Assembly (NCBI GenBank): GCA_902760595.1
Contig: CACWHI010000001.1
Location: 124,963 to 188,962 of the forward strand
DNA: 64,000 nt
Direction: 5' to 3'
Origin: an uncultured Eubacteriales bacterium
GTDB taxonomy: Bacteria > Bacillota > Clostridia > Christensenellales > Aristaeellaceae
Under the pieces are notes generated by a model. It searched no databases. It saw nothing but the letters and a program-made list of their open reading frames with translations, and was not told where the DNA came from. A program made the translations under genes and the position numbers. This document shows, piece by piece, positions 1 to 9,769 of the stretch (positions are counted from its first letter, which is position 1; each line of letters starts with the position of its first letter).

Positions 1-726
1 ATTGATGTCCAGGTCCAGATAGGATTTGATCTCATTCACACAGCTGATCACGTCGCTGTCGAGCTGCTCCGTGGCAGCGTCCAGATCGGTCCCCTCATCC
101 AGGGTGACCATCATGCGGGCTTCCGTGGGAGTGATGAACGAAACCGCGCAATAATCCACGTGATTCATGTGGCTGAAGAAGTTCCGCTCCAGCGCCTTCT
201 GCAGCCGCTGCTGGCCGTGATGCCAGCGATCCTCCAGGTAGAGGGCGCCGCTGGGCAGATTGAGCGAATAGACACGGCAGGGCCGGTCGAGCGGGATGCT
301 GCTCCTGAGCATCCCGAACCAGCGGTAGAGGCGTTCGGCGTCCTGCGAAACGCCGGAGAGCAGGTTGTGCAGCATCTCGTACTGGATCATTGCGGACAGC
401 TCGTTGAGCGAATACTGTTCGTCGATATAGTCGACGTGCAGGCGGTTCAGGAGGTGCTTCACGTCGCGGATCACGGCGTGGCTGCTCTCAGGATCGGCGG
501 GAAGGATGAACGCGGGGATGCCGTCGTTCTTCGCGCGGAGCAGAGCGGTCAGATGGTCATAGGTCTCCTGATCGGGCACTCCGACCGCGTCGTAGGCGTG
601 TGACGCGAGGCAGCTGACCGCCGCGTCGAAATCAGAAGCAATCTCCACGGGATGGAAGTTCTGGGCTTTCCAGAACGCATGGTCGGTCGCTTCAGTCGGT
701 TGAGCAATCAGCAGCAATCGGTACAT
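1..726 (-). CDS. hypothetical protein; its 3' end lies beyond the window edge, so it is absent from the ORF track
   Basis: Manual minus-strand translation from the ATG (rc of 724-726) after a GGGAGG RBS gives MYRLLLIAQPTEATDHAFWKAQNFHPVEIASDFDAAVSCLASHAYDAVGVPDQETYDHL... It runs 242 codons with no stop down to position 1. It has at most a weak, degenerate receiver-like N-terminus and no confident family assignment. Confidence 0.5.
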   Translation of the reverse strand, partial: MYRLLLIAQPTEATDHAFWKAQNFHPVEIASDFDAAVSCLASHAYDAVGVPDQETYDHLTALLRAKNDGIPAFILPADPESSHAVIRDVKHLLNRLHVDYIDEQYSLNELSAMIQYEMLHNLLSGVSQDAERLYRWFGMLRSSIPLDRPCRVYSLNLPSGALYLEDRWHHGQQRLQKALERNFFSHMNHVDYCAVSFITPTEARMMVTLDEGTDLDAATEQLDSDVISCVNEIKSYLDLDIN

Positions 727-757
727 TCCCGAAACCTCCCGAAAAAGATTCCAGGAT

Positions 758-786
758 ATTATACAGGATATTTGTCAATTTTGCAA
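758..786 (-). promoter_or_regulatory. putative sigma-A promoter for the edge gene
   Basis: On the minus strand, TTGCAA (rc of 781-786), a 17-nt spacer, then TATAAT (rc of 758-763). It sits about 30 nt upstream of the RBS and ATG at 726. Confidence 0.4.
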
Positions 787-793
787 CTGCCCC

Positions 794-1636
794 TCAGCGC
801 TGTCCGTAATAGCCGGATATGATCCTGGAAAACAGGCGGATGGGAAGGAGCTTATGAAGCAGGACCGCCAGCCGCTGGTCCGACTTGGCGATCAGAAGAC
901 GCCCGGGCAGCCGGCGTTTTCGGAGGGCACGGGCGATGCGCTTTCCTAAAACATCCGGGTCGCTGCCGGTGCTTTCATCGTGCTCCACCTGGCTGACGGC
1001 CCGCAGAAAACGCTGGTGATACGGGCTCTCCGGGCGCTCCGATGCGCCGTGCCGGCGGTACTGTTTCTGTCCGCTTCTGTGATCGCCCGGAGTCACGAGA
1101 CATACGGTGACGCCGAAGGGTTCGGCCTCCATGCGCAGGCATTCGGCATAGCCTTCGATGGCGTGTTTGCTGGCCGTATAGCCGCCCTGGAACGGAATGC
1201 CGAGAATACCGTTTATGGAAGAAAAAAGAATGATTTTTCCTTGTTTTTTTTCGCGGAACAGCGGCATGACCTGCCGTATCAGGCGGACGGAGCCGATGAA
1301 GTTGGTGTCCAGGATGTCGTTGAGCTCCTGATCGGTATACTCTTCCGCAGCGTTCAGGTTCAGCAGTCCCTGGGCGCAGATCAGCGCGTCGGGCGTGCCG
1401 AAGCGTTCGACCGCCAGCCGGACGAAACGCTCCACAGAAGCGCTGTCGCGCACATCCAGCCCGAGGCGGTACATCCCCCCGTCTTCTCCTTCATGTTCCC
1501 GGAACGAGCGCGCTCCCGCGATCACGGTGAATCCGGCTTTCGAAAGCTGCCGGGCGGTGTGCAGGCCAAGCCCGCTGGAAGCGCCGGCGATCAATACTGT
1601 CATTTCTGCAATCTGCCCCTTTGTCCTGTCGGTCAT
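794..1636 (-). CDS. short-chain dehydrogenase/reductase (SDR) family oxidoreductase
   Basis: TVLIAGASSGLGLHTARQL Gly-rich NAD(P)-binding motif and overall SDR-like sequence. The start overlaps the upstream gene's stop as ATGA. The alternative internal start MTVLIAG at 1603 is also possible. Confidence 0.75.
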   Translation of the reverse strand: MTDRTKGQIAEMTVLIAGASSGLGLHTARQLSKAGFTVIAGARSFREHEGEDGGMYRLGLDVRDSASVERFVRLAVERFGTPDALICAQGLLNLNAAEEYTDQELNDILDTNFIGSVRLIRQVMPLFREKKQGKIILFSSINGILGIPFQGGYTASKHAIEGYAECLRMEAEPFGVTVCLVTPGDHRSGQKQYRRHGASERPESPYHQRFLRAVSQVEHDESTGSDPDVLGKRIARALRKRRLPGRLLIAKSDQRLAVLLHKLLPIRLFSRIISGYYGQR

Positions 1637-3645
1637 TTGTACTGGACATGATCCATGCTGATCATATAGGAATTATCATTGTAGCTGATGCTCTGACCCT
1701 GCCGCAGGACGGAGCATGTGATGGTAAAGAAACGGTCGAACCTGTCGGCGGACAGCTTTTCATACAGCTGCCGGCCGCAGTAGATCCTGAAGGAGGATTG
1801 TGAGCGGGAGCGGCATTCGCTCAGATAAGCCAGCAGCTCATCCTCGCTGTCGACCAGCCGGTAATTGGCGGCGTAGTTGATCACTGTAAAATCCACCCGT
1901 TCAGGGGTCAGGATATAACGGAAGGTGTCCACACCGGAGCGGTACATGGCAAGGGAGAGGTCGTTGAAGGAGGCCTCGGTCCACTGGAAAGTGCCGTCGT
2001 TCCATACGGCGAGGGCAGACGGCTTGCCGGTCAGCAGCTGCCGGATATAAGCGTCCAGCGAGCCGCGGGGAGCGCGGTTTTTGGCCGGCCAGTAGCGGGC
2101 GTCCCTGATGTAGACGACCTGTGAGCGCTGCGAATAGGTCTCATCCCGGTCGTTGGCGAGCAGGGTGTTCCTGAGAACGGCGTCCAGGCCCTTCAGCCTG
2201 TCGGCGAACAGGGAAGCGCCATAGCTGCCCGGTACGCAGAACTGCAGCTGGCGGATCCCGCTTGAGCCGGCCTGATCAACGAAGGCGATGATGTCCGCTT
2301 CGCTGCGGCATACACGGAAATTGGGCGCAAACTCGACGCCAGAGTAAGAGACCCGGAAGGCGGTGTCCGAATAGTACATCTCGTCCTTCGCAATGCCGAA
2401 CTGGCCTTCCAGGCTGTAGAAGCCGGCAAGCTCATTCCCGAACAGCGCTTTTCCGTAATCGCCGGAAAAGAAAACACTGAACTCCCGCTTTCCGGCCGCT
2501 TTCATCTCACTGACATACGCCAGCGCTTCCTGATCATCGGAGACGATCCGGAACTCGTCATACCACTCGGTGACCAGGATCTCGATGCAATGGCCGCCCG
2601 TCTTGTAATAGTAATTCTTGACACCGCTGGAATAGACCCATTGATTGACGAGCTCTTTATCGCGCTTGAGGTCGATGCCGGCAGCGTAGGTGAGAGCGAC
2701 GCGGTTCTGGCGGCTTTCAGTGAGCACGCCGCGGAAATAGGCTTCGGCTGCGTCGAGGCTGTTCGCGTACCCCTCCACCAGCTCCGGCGGCCTCATCACA
2801 TGGCTGGTCCTGGCCGCCCAGGCGACGGGCAGCGCCGACGCGTTCCAGATATGCGTTTCGGCGGCGCGCTCAGAACCGATATTATAGTACAGATAGAAGT
2901 TGCCGGATGAGTCGTCCGCGTCGTCCCAGGTCACGTCGACCATCAGCCAGGTATCATAGACGCAGACGAGATTCCACATGTGCGTGGCGTCAAAATTGTC
3001 TGTCTTCTCGTAGGTGTCTCCATGCTGGAAACGGGCCGGGATGCCGGCCAGGTTGCACAGCAGGTAAAACGCCTCGGAGTAGCCGTCGCAGTCAGCCTTC
3101 CCGTTCAGCAGAGCGCCGATGGCCTGGTCCTTTTCCGCGTAGGCCTGGGCGTCCGTGTAATAGGTGACTGTTTTACAGATCCAGTCGTGCAGGTACTGCT
3201 CCCGGGCAAGCTGCTCCGAGGGGGCGCTCCGGACGACCTCGATCGCGCGGTCGAGCGTCTGGCGTTCGCGGACGGAGAGCATGGACATCCGGTTATTGCA
3301 GAACGCCTGCAGGAGCCGGACGGCGACGCGGTACTCGATGTTGGATAAGCTGAGCGTCCTGGTTCGGTCGCTGAAGGAATAGGTAAACGAACGGATGCCG
3401 CAGTTGGCGCGCGCGTCGCTGAGCCAGCCGTTGATGCCGGACTTGGCGTCTTCATAAAGACTGCCGTCCAGAATCAGCTGATAGTCGGTATCGCCCTGAA
3501 TCGTGTGCGTCTCCAGTGCGAGAAACAGCTCGTCACGCGAAGAGAGCCGCTCTTCCGCGGCATGGCTGCCCGTGCCGGACAGCGCGCATATCGCGAGGGC
3601 TGTTACTGTGACGAGCAGGAAGCGCAGGAGGCGGCTCATAGGCAT
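1633..3645 (-). CDS. secreted transglutaminase-like (Cys-His-Asp) domain protein
   Basis: N-terminal signal peptide MPMSRLLRFLLVTVTALAICALSG. The core DCDGYSEAFYLLCNLAGIPAR...THMWNLV...VDVTWDD matches the transglutaminase-like cysteine protease motif G.C..[FY]...RA.GIPAR...H.W......D. Confidence 0.7.
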   Translation of the reverse strand: MPMSRLLRFLLVTVTALAICALSGTGSHAAEERLSSRDELFLALETHTIQGDTDYQLILDGSLYEDAKSGINGWLSDARANCGIRSFTYSFSDRTRTLSLSNIEYRVAVRLLQAFCNNRMSMLSVRERQTLDRAIEVVRSAPSEQLAREQYLHDWICKTVTYYTDAQAYAEKDQAIGALLNGKADCDGYSEAFYLLCNLAGIPARFQHGDTYEKTDNFDATHMWNLVCVYDTWLMVDVTWDDADDSSGNFYLYYNIGSERAAETHIWNASALPVAWAARTSHVMRPPELVEGYANSLDAAEAYFRGVLTESRQNRVALTYAAGIDLKRDKELVNQWVYSSGVKNYYYKTGGHCIEILVTEWYDEFRIVSDDQEALAYVSEMKAAGKREFSVFFSGDYGKALFGNELAGFYSLEGQFGIAKDEMYYSDTAFRVSYSGVEFAPNFRVCRSEADIIAFVDQAGSSGIRQLQFCVPGSYGASLFADRLKGLDAVLRNTLLANDRDETYSQRSQVVYIRDARYWPAKNRAPRGSLDAYIRQLLTGKPSALAVWNDGTFQWTEASFNDLSLAMYRSGVDTFRYILTPERVDFTVINYAANYRLVDSEDELLAYLSECRSRSQSSFRIYCGRQLYEKLSADRFDRFFTITCSVLRQGQSISYNDNSYMISMDHVQYK

Positions 3646-3653
3646 TCTCCTTC

Positions 3654-4967
3654 TCAGACGCGGACGAAGGCGTCGTAGATGGCCTTGACGGCTTTATCAA
3701 AGTCGTCCTCGTCCACGCCGACGATGATATTCAGCTCACTGGAGCCCTGGTCGATGATCCTTATCGAGATGCCCTGGGCGGATATCGCGGAAAACAGCCT
3801 GGCCGCGGTGCCGTAATTGCGGACCATGCCGCGGCCTACGGTGGCAATCAGGGCCAGGTGGTCATGGATGGTCACGCTGTCCGGATGGGTCAGCTCCACG
3901 ATCCGCTGCACCAGCTGCTCACGGTGCGGGCGGAGCTCCTTTTCGTTCAGCACCACGCACATGGTGTCGATGCCGGTGGGCAGATGCTCAAAGTTGAGCC
4001 CGCATTCCTCCACGGCTTCGAGCACGCGGCGGCCGAAGCCGGACTCGGAGTTCATCAGGTCCTTTTCCACGGTGATGATCGAGAAGCCCTTGTGGCCCGC
4101 GATGCCGGTGATAATGTGCTCGTTGGCCTGGCGGTCGGCGTTGTGGCGGATCATCGTTCCGGGGTGCTTGGGATCGTTGGTATTGCGGATATTGGTCGGG
4201 ATCCCCGCGCGCCGGACCGGGAAGATGGCCTCCTCATGGAGCACGGAGGCGCCCATGTAGCTGAGCTCCCGCAGCTCGCGGTAGGTCATGCTGGAGATAT
4301 ACTGGGCGTCCGGGACGATGCGCGGGTCCGCCATGCGGAAGCCGGTGACGTCCGTCCAGTTTTCGTATACGTCCGCGTTGACCGCGCGGGCGACCAGCGC
4401 GCCGGAAATATCGCTGCCGCCGCGGGAGAAGGTGTGGATGTTCCCTTCCTCGTCCGCGCCGTAGAAACCGGGGATGACGGCATTGGGGAGGGAGGACAGG
4501 GTGTCGGCGATCAGGCTGTTGGTCTCCTCCTCCAGCAGCAGGCCGTTTTTATCGAACCGGATGACCCTGTCGGCGTCCACAAAGGGGAAACCGAGGTATT
4601 CCGCCAGCAGGAGACCGTTCAGGTATTCGCCGCGGCTCGCGGCGTAGTCCCGGGAAGCGCCGGTCATCATGGTCGAGGCGATCTTGGTGAATTCCGCTTC
4701 CAGCGGCACGTCCAGCTGGAGATCCTGCGCGATCCTTTCGTAGCGGTAGCGGATGCGCTCCAGGATGTGCAGGAAGGGGCTGCCGACCTGGCGGGCGGCA
4801 GCGGCCTCATACAGCAGGTCGGTGACCTTCTCGTCCCCGTCGCCGCGCTTGCCCGGCGCGCTGGGGATCACATACCGCCGATTCTTATCGGCCAGGATGA
4901 TCTCTTTGACCTTTTTGAACTGTTCCGCGTCCGCGAGAGAGGAACCGCCAAACTTACATACGAGCAT
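3654..4967 (-). CDS. lysC: aspartate kinase
   Basis: MLVCKFGGSSLADAEQFKKV... is a typical aspartokinase N-terminus, and the 437-aa length fits the kinase plus ACT domains. Confidence 0.85.
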   Translation of the reverse strand: MLVCKFGGSSLADAEQFKKVKEIILADKNRRYVIPSAPGKRGDGDEKVTDLLYEAAAARQVGSPFLHILERIRYRYERIAQDLQLDVPLEAEFTKIASTMMTGASRDYAASRGEYLNGLLLAEYLGFPFVDADRVIRFDKNGLLLEEETNSLIADTLSSLPNAVIPGFYGADEEGNIHTFSRGGSDISGALVARAVNADVYENWTDVTGFRMADPRIVPDAQYISSMTYRELRELSYMGASVLHEEAIFPVRRAGIPTNIRNTNDPKHPGTMIRHNADRQANEHIITGIAGHKGFSIITVEKDLMNSESGFGRRVLEAVEECGLNFEHLPTGIDTMCVVLNEKELRPHREQLVQRIVELTHPDSVTIHDHLALIATVGRGMVRNYGTAARLFSAISAQGISIRIIDQGSSELNIIVGVDEDDFDKAVKAIYDAFVRV

Positions 4968-4990
4968 CGTTCATCCATCTCCAATCCATA

Positions 4991-5680
4991 TCAATTCTGG
5001 CCGTAATAGGCGTTCTTGCCGTGCTTGCGCAGGAAATGCTTGTCGAGCAGGGTCTGCTGCATATCCCGGTGATCGGGGTTCAGCATGATGGCATGCCAGT
5101 CCATGAAAGCGACCTCTTCCAGGACCACGGCGTTATGCACAGCCTCCATGGGATCCTTGCCCCAGGCGAAGGGACCGTGGGAATATACGAGGACCGCGGG
5201 GATGGTCGCGGGATCCTTGCCGGCAAAGGTCTCCACGATGACCTTTCCCGTTTCCTTTTCGTATTCGCCGTTGATCTCAGCGTCCGTCATCGGACGGGTG
5301 CAGGGAATGTCGCCATAGAAATAATCGCCCTGCGTGGTCCCCATGGCCGGAATGCCCTGCCCGGCCTGGGCGAAGGTCGTGGCCCAGCGGGAATGCGTAT
5401 GCACGATCCCGCCGCATTCGGGGAAGGCTTTGTAAAGCTCAAGGTGCGTGGGCATATCGCTGGAGGGGCGCAGCCTGCCTTCGACCACGCGGCCTTCCAT
5501 ATCAACGACGCACATGTCTTCGGGCTTCATCACGTCATAGGAGACGCCGGAGGGCTTGATGACGAAGAGCCCCGATTCGCGGTCGATGCCGCTGACGTTG
5601 CCCCAGGTAAAGGTGACCAGCTGGTATCTGGGGAGCAGCAGATTCGCTTCGCATACGGTTTTTTTCAGCGCTTCAAGCAT
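4991..5680 (-). CDS. araD: L-ribulose-5-phosphate 4-epimerase (class II aldolase/adducin family)
   Basis: 229-aa protein with GIVHTHS and the surrounding class II aldolase pattern. It lies directly downstream of a ribulokinase-like gene. Confidence 0.75.
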   Translation of the reverse strand: MLEALKKTVCEANLLLPRYQLVTFTWGNVSGIDRESGLFVIKPSGVSYDVMKPEDMCVVDMEGRVVEGRLRPSSDMPTHLELYKAFPECGGIVHTHSRWATTFAQAGQGIPAMGTTQGDYFYGDIPCTRPMTDAEINGEYEKETGKVIVETFAGKDPATIPAVLVYSHGPFAWGKDPMEAVHNAVVLEEVAFMDWHAIMLNPDHRDMQQTLLDKHFLRKHGKNAYYGQN

Positions 5681-5685
5681 GGCGT

Positions 5686-7269
5686 TCAGTCCTCCTTGTT
5701 CGATACGGATACGGCGGCGCGGTGTACGGGCAGCGCTTTGCGATACAGGTTCAGGAATCGCCTGAAGCCGCTGATGTCGCTCTCCTCAGCCATGACGGTC
5801 GTGCTTTCCGCTCCGGCGAAGACCCGGTTATTGAGGTAATCGGCGAGCGTTTCATCGCCGTTCTTCCAGAGCATGTAGGCGCAGAGCAGCGCCATGCCGT
5901 AGGGTCCGCCCTCGCCGGCGGTCGTCATGACCGAGACCGGCACGCCGACCGCCGCGCTGAGCAGCTTCTGGCCAACAACGGGCGTCTTGAAGAAGCCGCC
6001 GTGGCCGTACAGGCGGTCGATGGGGACCTGCTCGTCGCTGGTCAGGATATCCAGGCCGATCTTCAGCGTCGCCAGCGAGGAAAGCAGCTGCTCGCGCATG
6101 AAATTGGCCAGCGTCAGCCTGGCGTCCGGCATACGCATGAAGAGCGGCCGGCCCTCGGTGAAGCCGGTGATGCTCTCTCCGGAAAGATAATTAAAGCCTA
6201 CCAGACCGCCGCAGTCGGGATCGCCCTCAAGCGCCTGCTCAAAGAGCATGGTATACAGCTCGCCTTTGTCCAGCTTCATACCGGCCTTTTCCGCGAACTC
6301 CGCGAACAGGCCGACCCAGGCGTTCAGATCGCTGGTGCAGTTGTTGCAGTGCACCATGGCGACGGGCTTGCCGTCGGGCGTCGCGACGATGTCGATCTCC
6401 CGGTGGACGCCGATGGGCTTATCCAGCACGACCATGGCGAAATCGGAGGTGCCGGCGGACACGTTGCCCGTCCGGACGGCGATGGAGTTGGTCGCGGCCA
6501 TGCCGGTCCCCGCGTCGCCTTCGGGCGGTGCGAACGGCACGCCGGGCCGGAAATCTCCGGCAGGATCCAGCAGCGCGGCGCCGGCTGCCGTCAGCTCCCC
6601 GGCATGCGCGCCTGCGGGCAGGCATTCCGGCAGGATCCCGGCGAGCCGCCAGGGGTACCCCCTGCCGGCGATCAGCCGGTCGAAGGCCTGCACCATGGCG
6701 GCGCTGTAATCCATCGAAGCCTCGTCTACGGGCATGATGCCGGAGGCTTCGCCAATGCCGGCGGCAAAGCGGCCTGTCAGCTTCTCGTGGATGAAGACGG
6801 CGAGGGTGTTCAGGTGATGGATCCTGGGCAGATGCGCTTCACTGTTCAGGATGGCCTGGTACAGGTGCGCGATGCTCCAGCGCTCCGGGATGTTGAAATG
6901 GAACAGCTCGCTCAGCTCAGCGGCCGCCTCGCCGGTGATCGTGTTTCGCCAGGTGCGGAATTCCGTCAGGGGCTCGCCGTTCCTGTCTGTGGGCAGATAG
7001 CCGTGCATCATCGCGGAAATGCCCATGGCGCCGGTCGTGGAAAGAACAATACCATACTTATCATATACATCGGCCTTCAGGGAGGCAAAGCAATCCTGCA
7101 TGCCGGTGATGATGTCCTCCAGGGTATAGGTCCAGATCCCGTCGATCAGGCGGTTTTCCCATTCATGGCTGCCCGAAGCCAGAGGCTGGTGCGTCTGGTC
7201 GATCAGGACCGCCTTGATCCTCGTAGAGCCGAATTCAAGCCCGATCGCCGTTTTTTTCAGATCCAACAT
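5686..7269 (-). CDS. araB: ribulokinase-type FGGY carbohydrate kinase
   Basis: [29 protein letters not shown]-terminal motif. The start was moved to the internal ATG (7269), which follows the RBS AAAGGAG. Confidence 0.75.
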   Translation of the reverse strand: MLDLKKTAIGLEFGSTRIKAVLIDQTHQPLASGSHEWENRLIDGIWTYTLEDIITGMQDCFASLKADVYDKYGIVLSTTGAMGISAMMHGYLPTDRNGEPLTEFRTWRNTITGEAAAELSELFHFNIPERWSIAHLYQAILNSEAHLPRIHHLNTLAVFIHEKLTGRFAAGIGEASGIMPVDEASMDYSAAMVQAFDRLIAGRGYPWRLAGILPECLPAGAHAGELTAAGAALLDPAGDFRPGVPFAPPEGDAGTGMAATNSIAVRTGNVSAGTSDFAMVVLDKPIGVHREIDIVATPDGKPVAMVHCNNCTSDLNAWVGLFAEFAEKAGMKLDKGELYTMLFEQALEGDPDCGGLVGFNYLSGESITGFTEGRPLFMRMPDARLTLANFMREQLLSSLATLKIGLDILTSDEQVPIDRLYGHGGFFKTPVVGQKLLSAAVGVPVSVMTTAGEGGPYGMALLCAYMLWKNGDETLADYLNNRVFAGAESTTVMAEESDISGFRRFLNLYRKALPVHRAAVSVSNKED

Positions 7270-7315
7270 GGGCGACTCCTTTCTGCCTGTGCAGCGCAAA
7301 GAAAATGTTTCAATC

Positions 7316-7350
7316 ATTCTAACATCAGTCTTGGAAAAAAGCAATGTCAA
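7316..7350 (-). promoter_or_regulatory. putative promoter for araB (extended -10)
   Basis: Minus strand: TTGCTT, a 17-nt spacer, then TGtTAGAAT; a TTGACA hexamer sits immediately upstream. The region is divergent from pcrA. Confidence 0.3.
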
Positions 7351-7388
7351 TGCCCTTAAAACGGTGAAAAAAACTGTCCGTTCTGCAA

Positions 7389-7418
7389 TTGCGGCAATGG
7401 GATTTTAATGCTATAATA
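7389..7418 (+). promoter_or_regulatory. putative promoter for pcrA (extended -10 TGcTATAAT)
   Basis: TTGCGG (7389-7394), an 18-nt spacer, then TGcTATAAT (-10 at 7413-7418), about 85 nt upstream of the pcrA ATG. Confidence 0.35.
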
Positions 7419-7501
7419 TTTTTGGACAGAGGCTGCCGCAGTGCGTGACCAGCGCGGCGTTTGGACCCTGCCAGGCTTTGAACGACGGAATGGGGGTCAA
7501 A

Positions 7502-9763
7502 ATGGATTTAACGGTATTGAACGAACAGCAGCGCCAGGCGGCGGAGCACCTGAACGGACCGCTGCTGATACTGGCGGGCGCCGGCAGCGGCAAGACAAGG
7601 ACGATGACCTACCGGATCGCCAACCTGCTGGATCACGGCGTGCCCGCGTGGCAGATCCTGGCGCTGACCTTTACCAATAAGGCGGCGCGGGAGATGAAAA
7701 ACAGGATCGGGGCGCTGGTGGGGGAAGCTGTCGCCGAGGACATGTGGGTCGGCACCTTCCACTCCATCTGTGTGCACATCCTGCGGCGTGATATAGAAAA
7801 GATCGGCTACCAGCGCAGCTTCACGATCTATGACGACGACGACCAGCTGAGGGTGATCAAGGATTGGCTCAAACAGCTGAAGATCGACGATAAGATCCTG
7901 TCCGCGCGCGACGTGCGGAATATCATCAGCGACAGCAAAAACAAGCTGATGACCCCGGACGAGTGGTTCCGCGCTTCCGATAAGGCCTACCGCGATCAGC
8001 AGATCCACGACGTTTACGTCCGGTACGAGCAGACGCTCAGGGACAATAACGCCCTGGACTTTGACGACCTGCTCATGAAGACGCTGCAGCTGCTGATGGA
8101 TCATCCGCCGGTGCTGGAATACTACCAGAAACGCTTCAAATATGTCCACGTGGACGAATACCAGGATACCAACATGGCGCAGTATGAGATCGTTCGCCTG
8201 ATCACGGCGGAAAGCCACCAGCTCTGCGTCGTCGGCGATGACGACCAGTCTATCTACGGCTGGCGCGGCGCGGACATCCGCAACATCCTGAATTTCGAGA
8301 AGGACTATCCGGACTGCAAGGTCATCAAGCTGGAGCAGAATTACCGCTCCACGTCCACCATCCTGGATGCCGCCAATCAGGTGATCGCGCACAACGAGGG
8401 CCGTAAGGAAAAGGCGCTCTGGACGGAAAACGCCCAGGGTGAGAAGATCAAGCTGTACAGCGCCGGAGACGAACGCGAGGAAGCGGCGTGGATCAGCGGG
8501 CAGATCCGCCAGATGCACGAGCACGGCTGGCCGTACGCCGAAATGGCGGTGCTGTACCGCCTGCACGCCCAGAGCCGTATCCTGGAGGAAATGCTGGTCC
8601 GGGCGGGTATTCCCTACCGCGTGTATGGCGGCACCCGCTTTTACGAGCGCAGGGAGATCAAGGACATCTTAGCTTATCTGCGCGTCATTGAGAATCCGTC
8701 GGATACTGTTTCGCTCAAACGCATCATCAATATGCCCAGGCGCTCGATCGGGGATACGACGGTCAGCCAGCTCGAGACGCAGGCGATGTCTGAAAACGTA
8801 CCGATGTTCAGTATTCTCTCGGATCCGCCGGAGGCGCTGTCCTCCCGGGCGCGCCGCTGCGTGATGGATTTCGCGCAGATGATGTTCGGCCTGATGGGAC
8901 GCAAGGATTCGATGCCGCTGGACGAGTTCGTGCAGACGATCCTGGACGAGACAGGACTGATCAACCAGCTGGAAAAGGAGCCGGAAGAAGCCTACCAGAC
9001 CCGCAGGGAGAATCTGATGGAATTCGTCGGCGCGGCGCGTGAGTATATCGACCGGGCCGAGGCGGAAGACAGGTCGCTTGAAGCCTTCCTGGAAAACGTA
9101 GCGCTGATCACCGACCTCGACCGCCAGGAGGACGCGCCCCAGTTCGTGACTCTGATGACCCTGCACAGCGCGAAGGGACTGGAGTTCGACGCGGTGTTCA
9201 TGGCCGGCATGGAGGAAAACGTGTTTCCGAGCTACCGCGCGATCAATGAGGACGACCGGCTGGAGGAGGAACGGCGTCTCGCCTATGTGGGCATCACCCG
9301 CGCCAGGAAGCAGCTATGCCTGACGCTCGCCCGCCAACGCACGATCTTCAATCAGATCAGCTACAACCGGCCCTCAAGATTCATCAGCGAGATCCCGCCG
9401 CGCCTGATCGAGGATGTGTGGGCGCTCTCGCGTCAGCACTTCGGGGAGGAACCGGCGCCGCTGCGCAAGCCGCATAACCGCGAGCCGCGGAATATAGACT
9501 TCGGTACGCCCGGCATGGGTCAGCTGAACATTCCCGGAGTAAGCAAGGGCTTCGTTCCTTCTCAGGCGACTAAGCTTTCCGGCAGCGCGCTCATGAAAAT
9601 GTACCAGCCCGGAGACCGCGTGATGCACCGCAAGTTCGGCGAAGGCAAGGTGGTATCCGTGGAAAAGGCCGGCGCGGACGCCAGGATCACGATCGATTTC
9701 ATCGCCTATGGCAGCAAAGAGTTCTCCCTGGCCATCGCGCCGATATTCAAGCTGGAGGATTGA
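7502..9763 (+). CDS. pcrA: ATP-dependent DNA helicase PcrA/UvrD family
   Basis: LLILAGAGSGKTRTMTYRIANLL Walker A motif and the UvrD helicase motifs throughout. The start was moved to MDLTVLNEQQRQAAEHL (7502). The gene directly precedes ligA, as in Firmicutes. Confidence 0.85.
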   Translation: MDLTVLNEQQRQAAEHLNGPLLILAGAGSGKTRTMTYRIANLLDHGVPAWQILALTFTNKAAREMKNRIGALVGEAVAEDMWVGTFHSICVHILRRDIEKIGYQRSFTIYDDDDQLRVIKDWLKQLKIDDKILSARDVRNIISDSKNKLMTPDEWFRASDKAYRDQQIHDVYVRYEQTLRDNNALDFDDLLMKTLQLLMDHPPVLEYYQKRFKYVHVDEYQDTNMAQYEIVRLITAESHQLCVVGDDDQSIYGWRGADIRNILNFEKDYPDCKVIKLEQNYRSTSTILDAANQVIAHNEGRKEKALWTENAQGEKIKLYSAGDEREEAAWISGQIRQMHEHGWPYAEMAVLYRLHAQSRILEEMLVRAGIPYRVYGGTRFYERREIKDILAYLRVIENPSDTVSLKRIINMPRRSIGDTTVSQLETQAMSENVPMFSILSDPPEALSSRARRCVMDFAQMMFGLMGRKDSMPLDEFVQTILDETGLINQLEKEPEEAYQTRRENLMEFVGAAREYIDRAEAEDRSLEAFLENVALITDLDRQEDAPQFVTLMTLHSAKGLEFDAVFMAGMEENVFPSYRAINEDDRLEEERRLAYVGITRARKQLCLTLARQRTIFNQISYNRPSRFISEIPPRLIEDVWALSRQHFGEEPAPLRKPHNREPRNIDFGTPGMGQLNIPGVSKGFVPSQATKLSGSALMKMYQPGDRVMHRKFGEGKVVSVEKAGADARITIDFIAYGSKEFSLAIAPIFKLED

Positions 9764-9769
9764 GCGCCT

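Noticed and set aside
160-603. 147-aa plus-strand ORF in the track
   Set aside because: It is antisense to the well-supported minus-strand gene 1-726 (which has an RBS and promoter). Its composition is Ala/Arg/Val-rich, typical of GC-driven antisense ORFs
5722-7359. 545-aa plus-strand ORF
   Set aside because: It fully overlaps araB on the opposite strand. Its sequence is low-complexity and Arg/Gly/Ala-rich with no RBS; a high-GC antisense artifact
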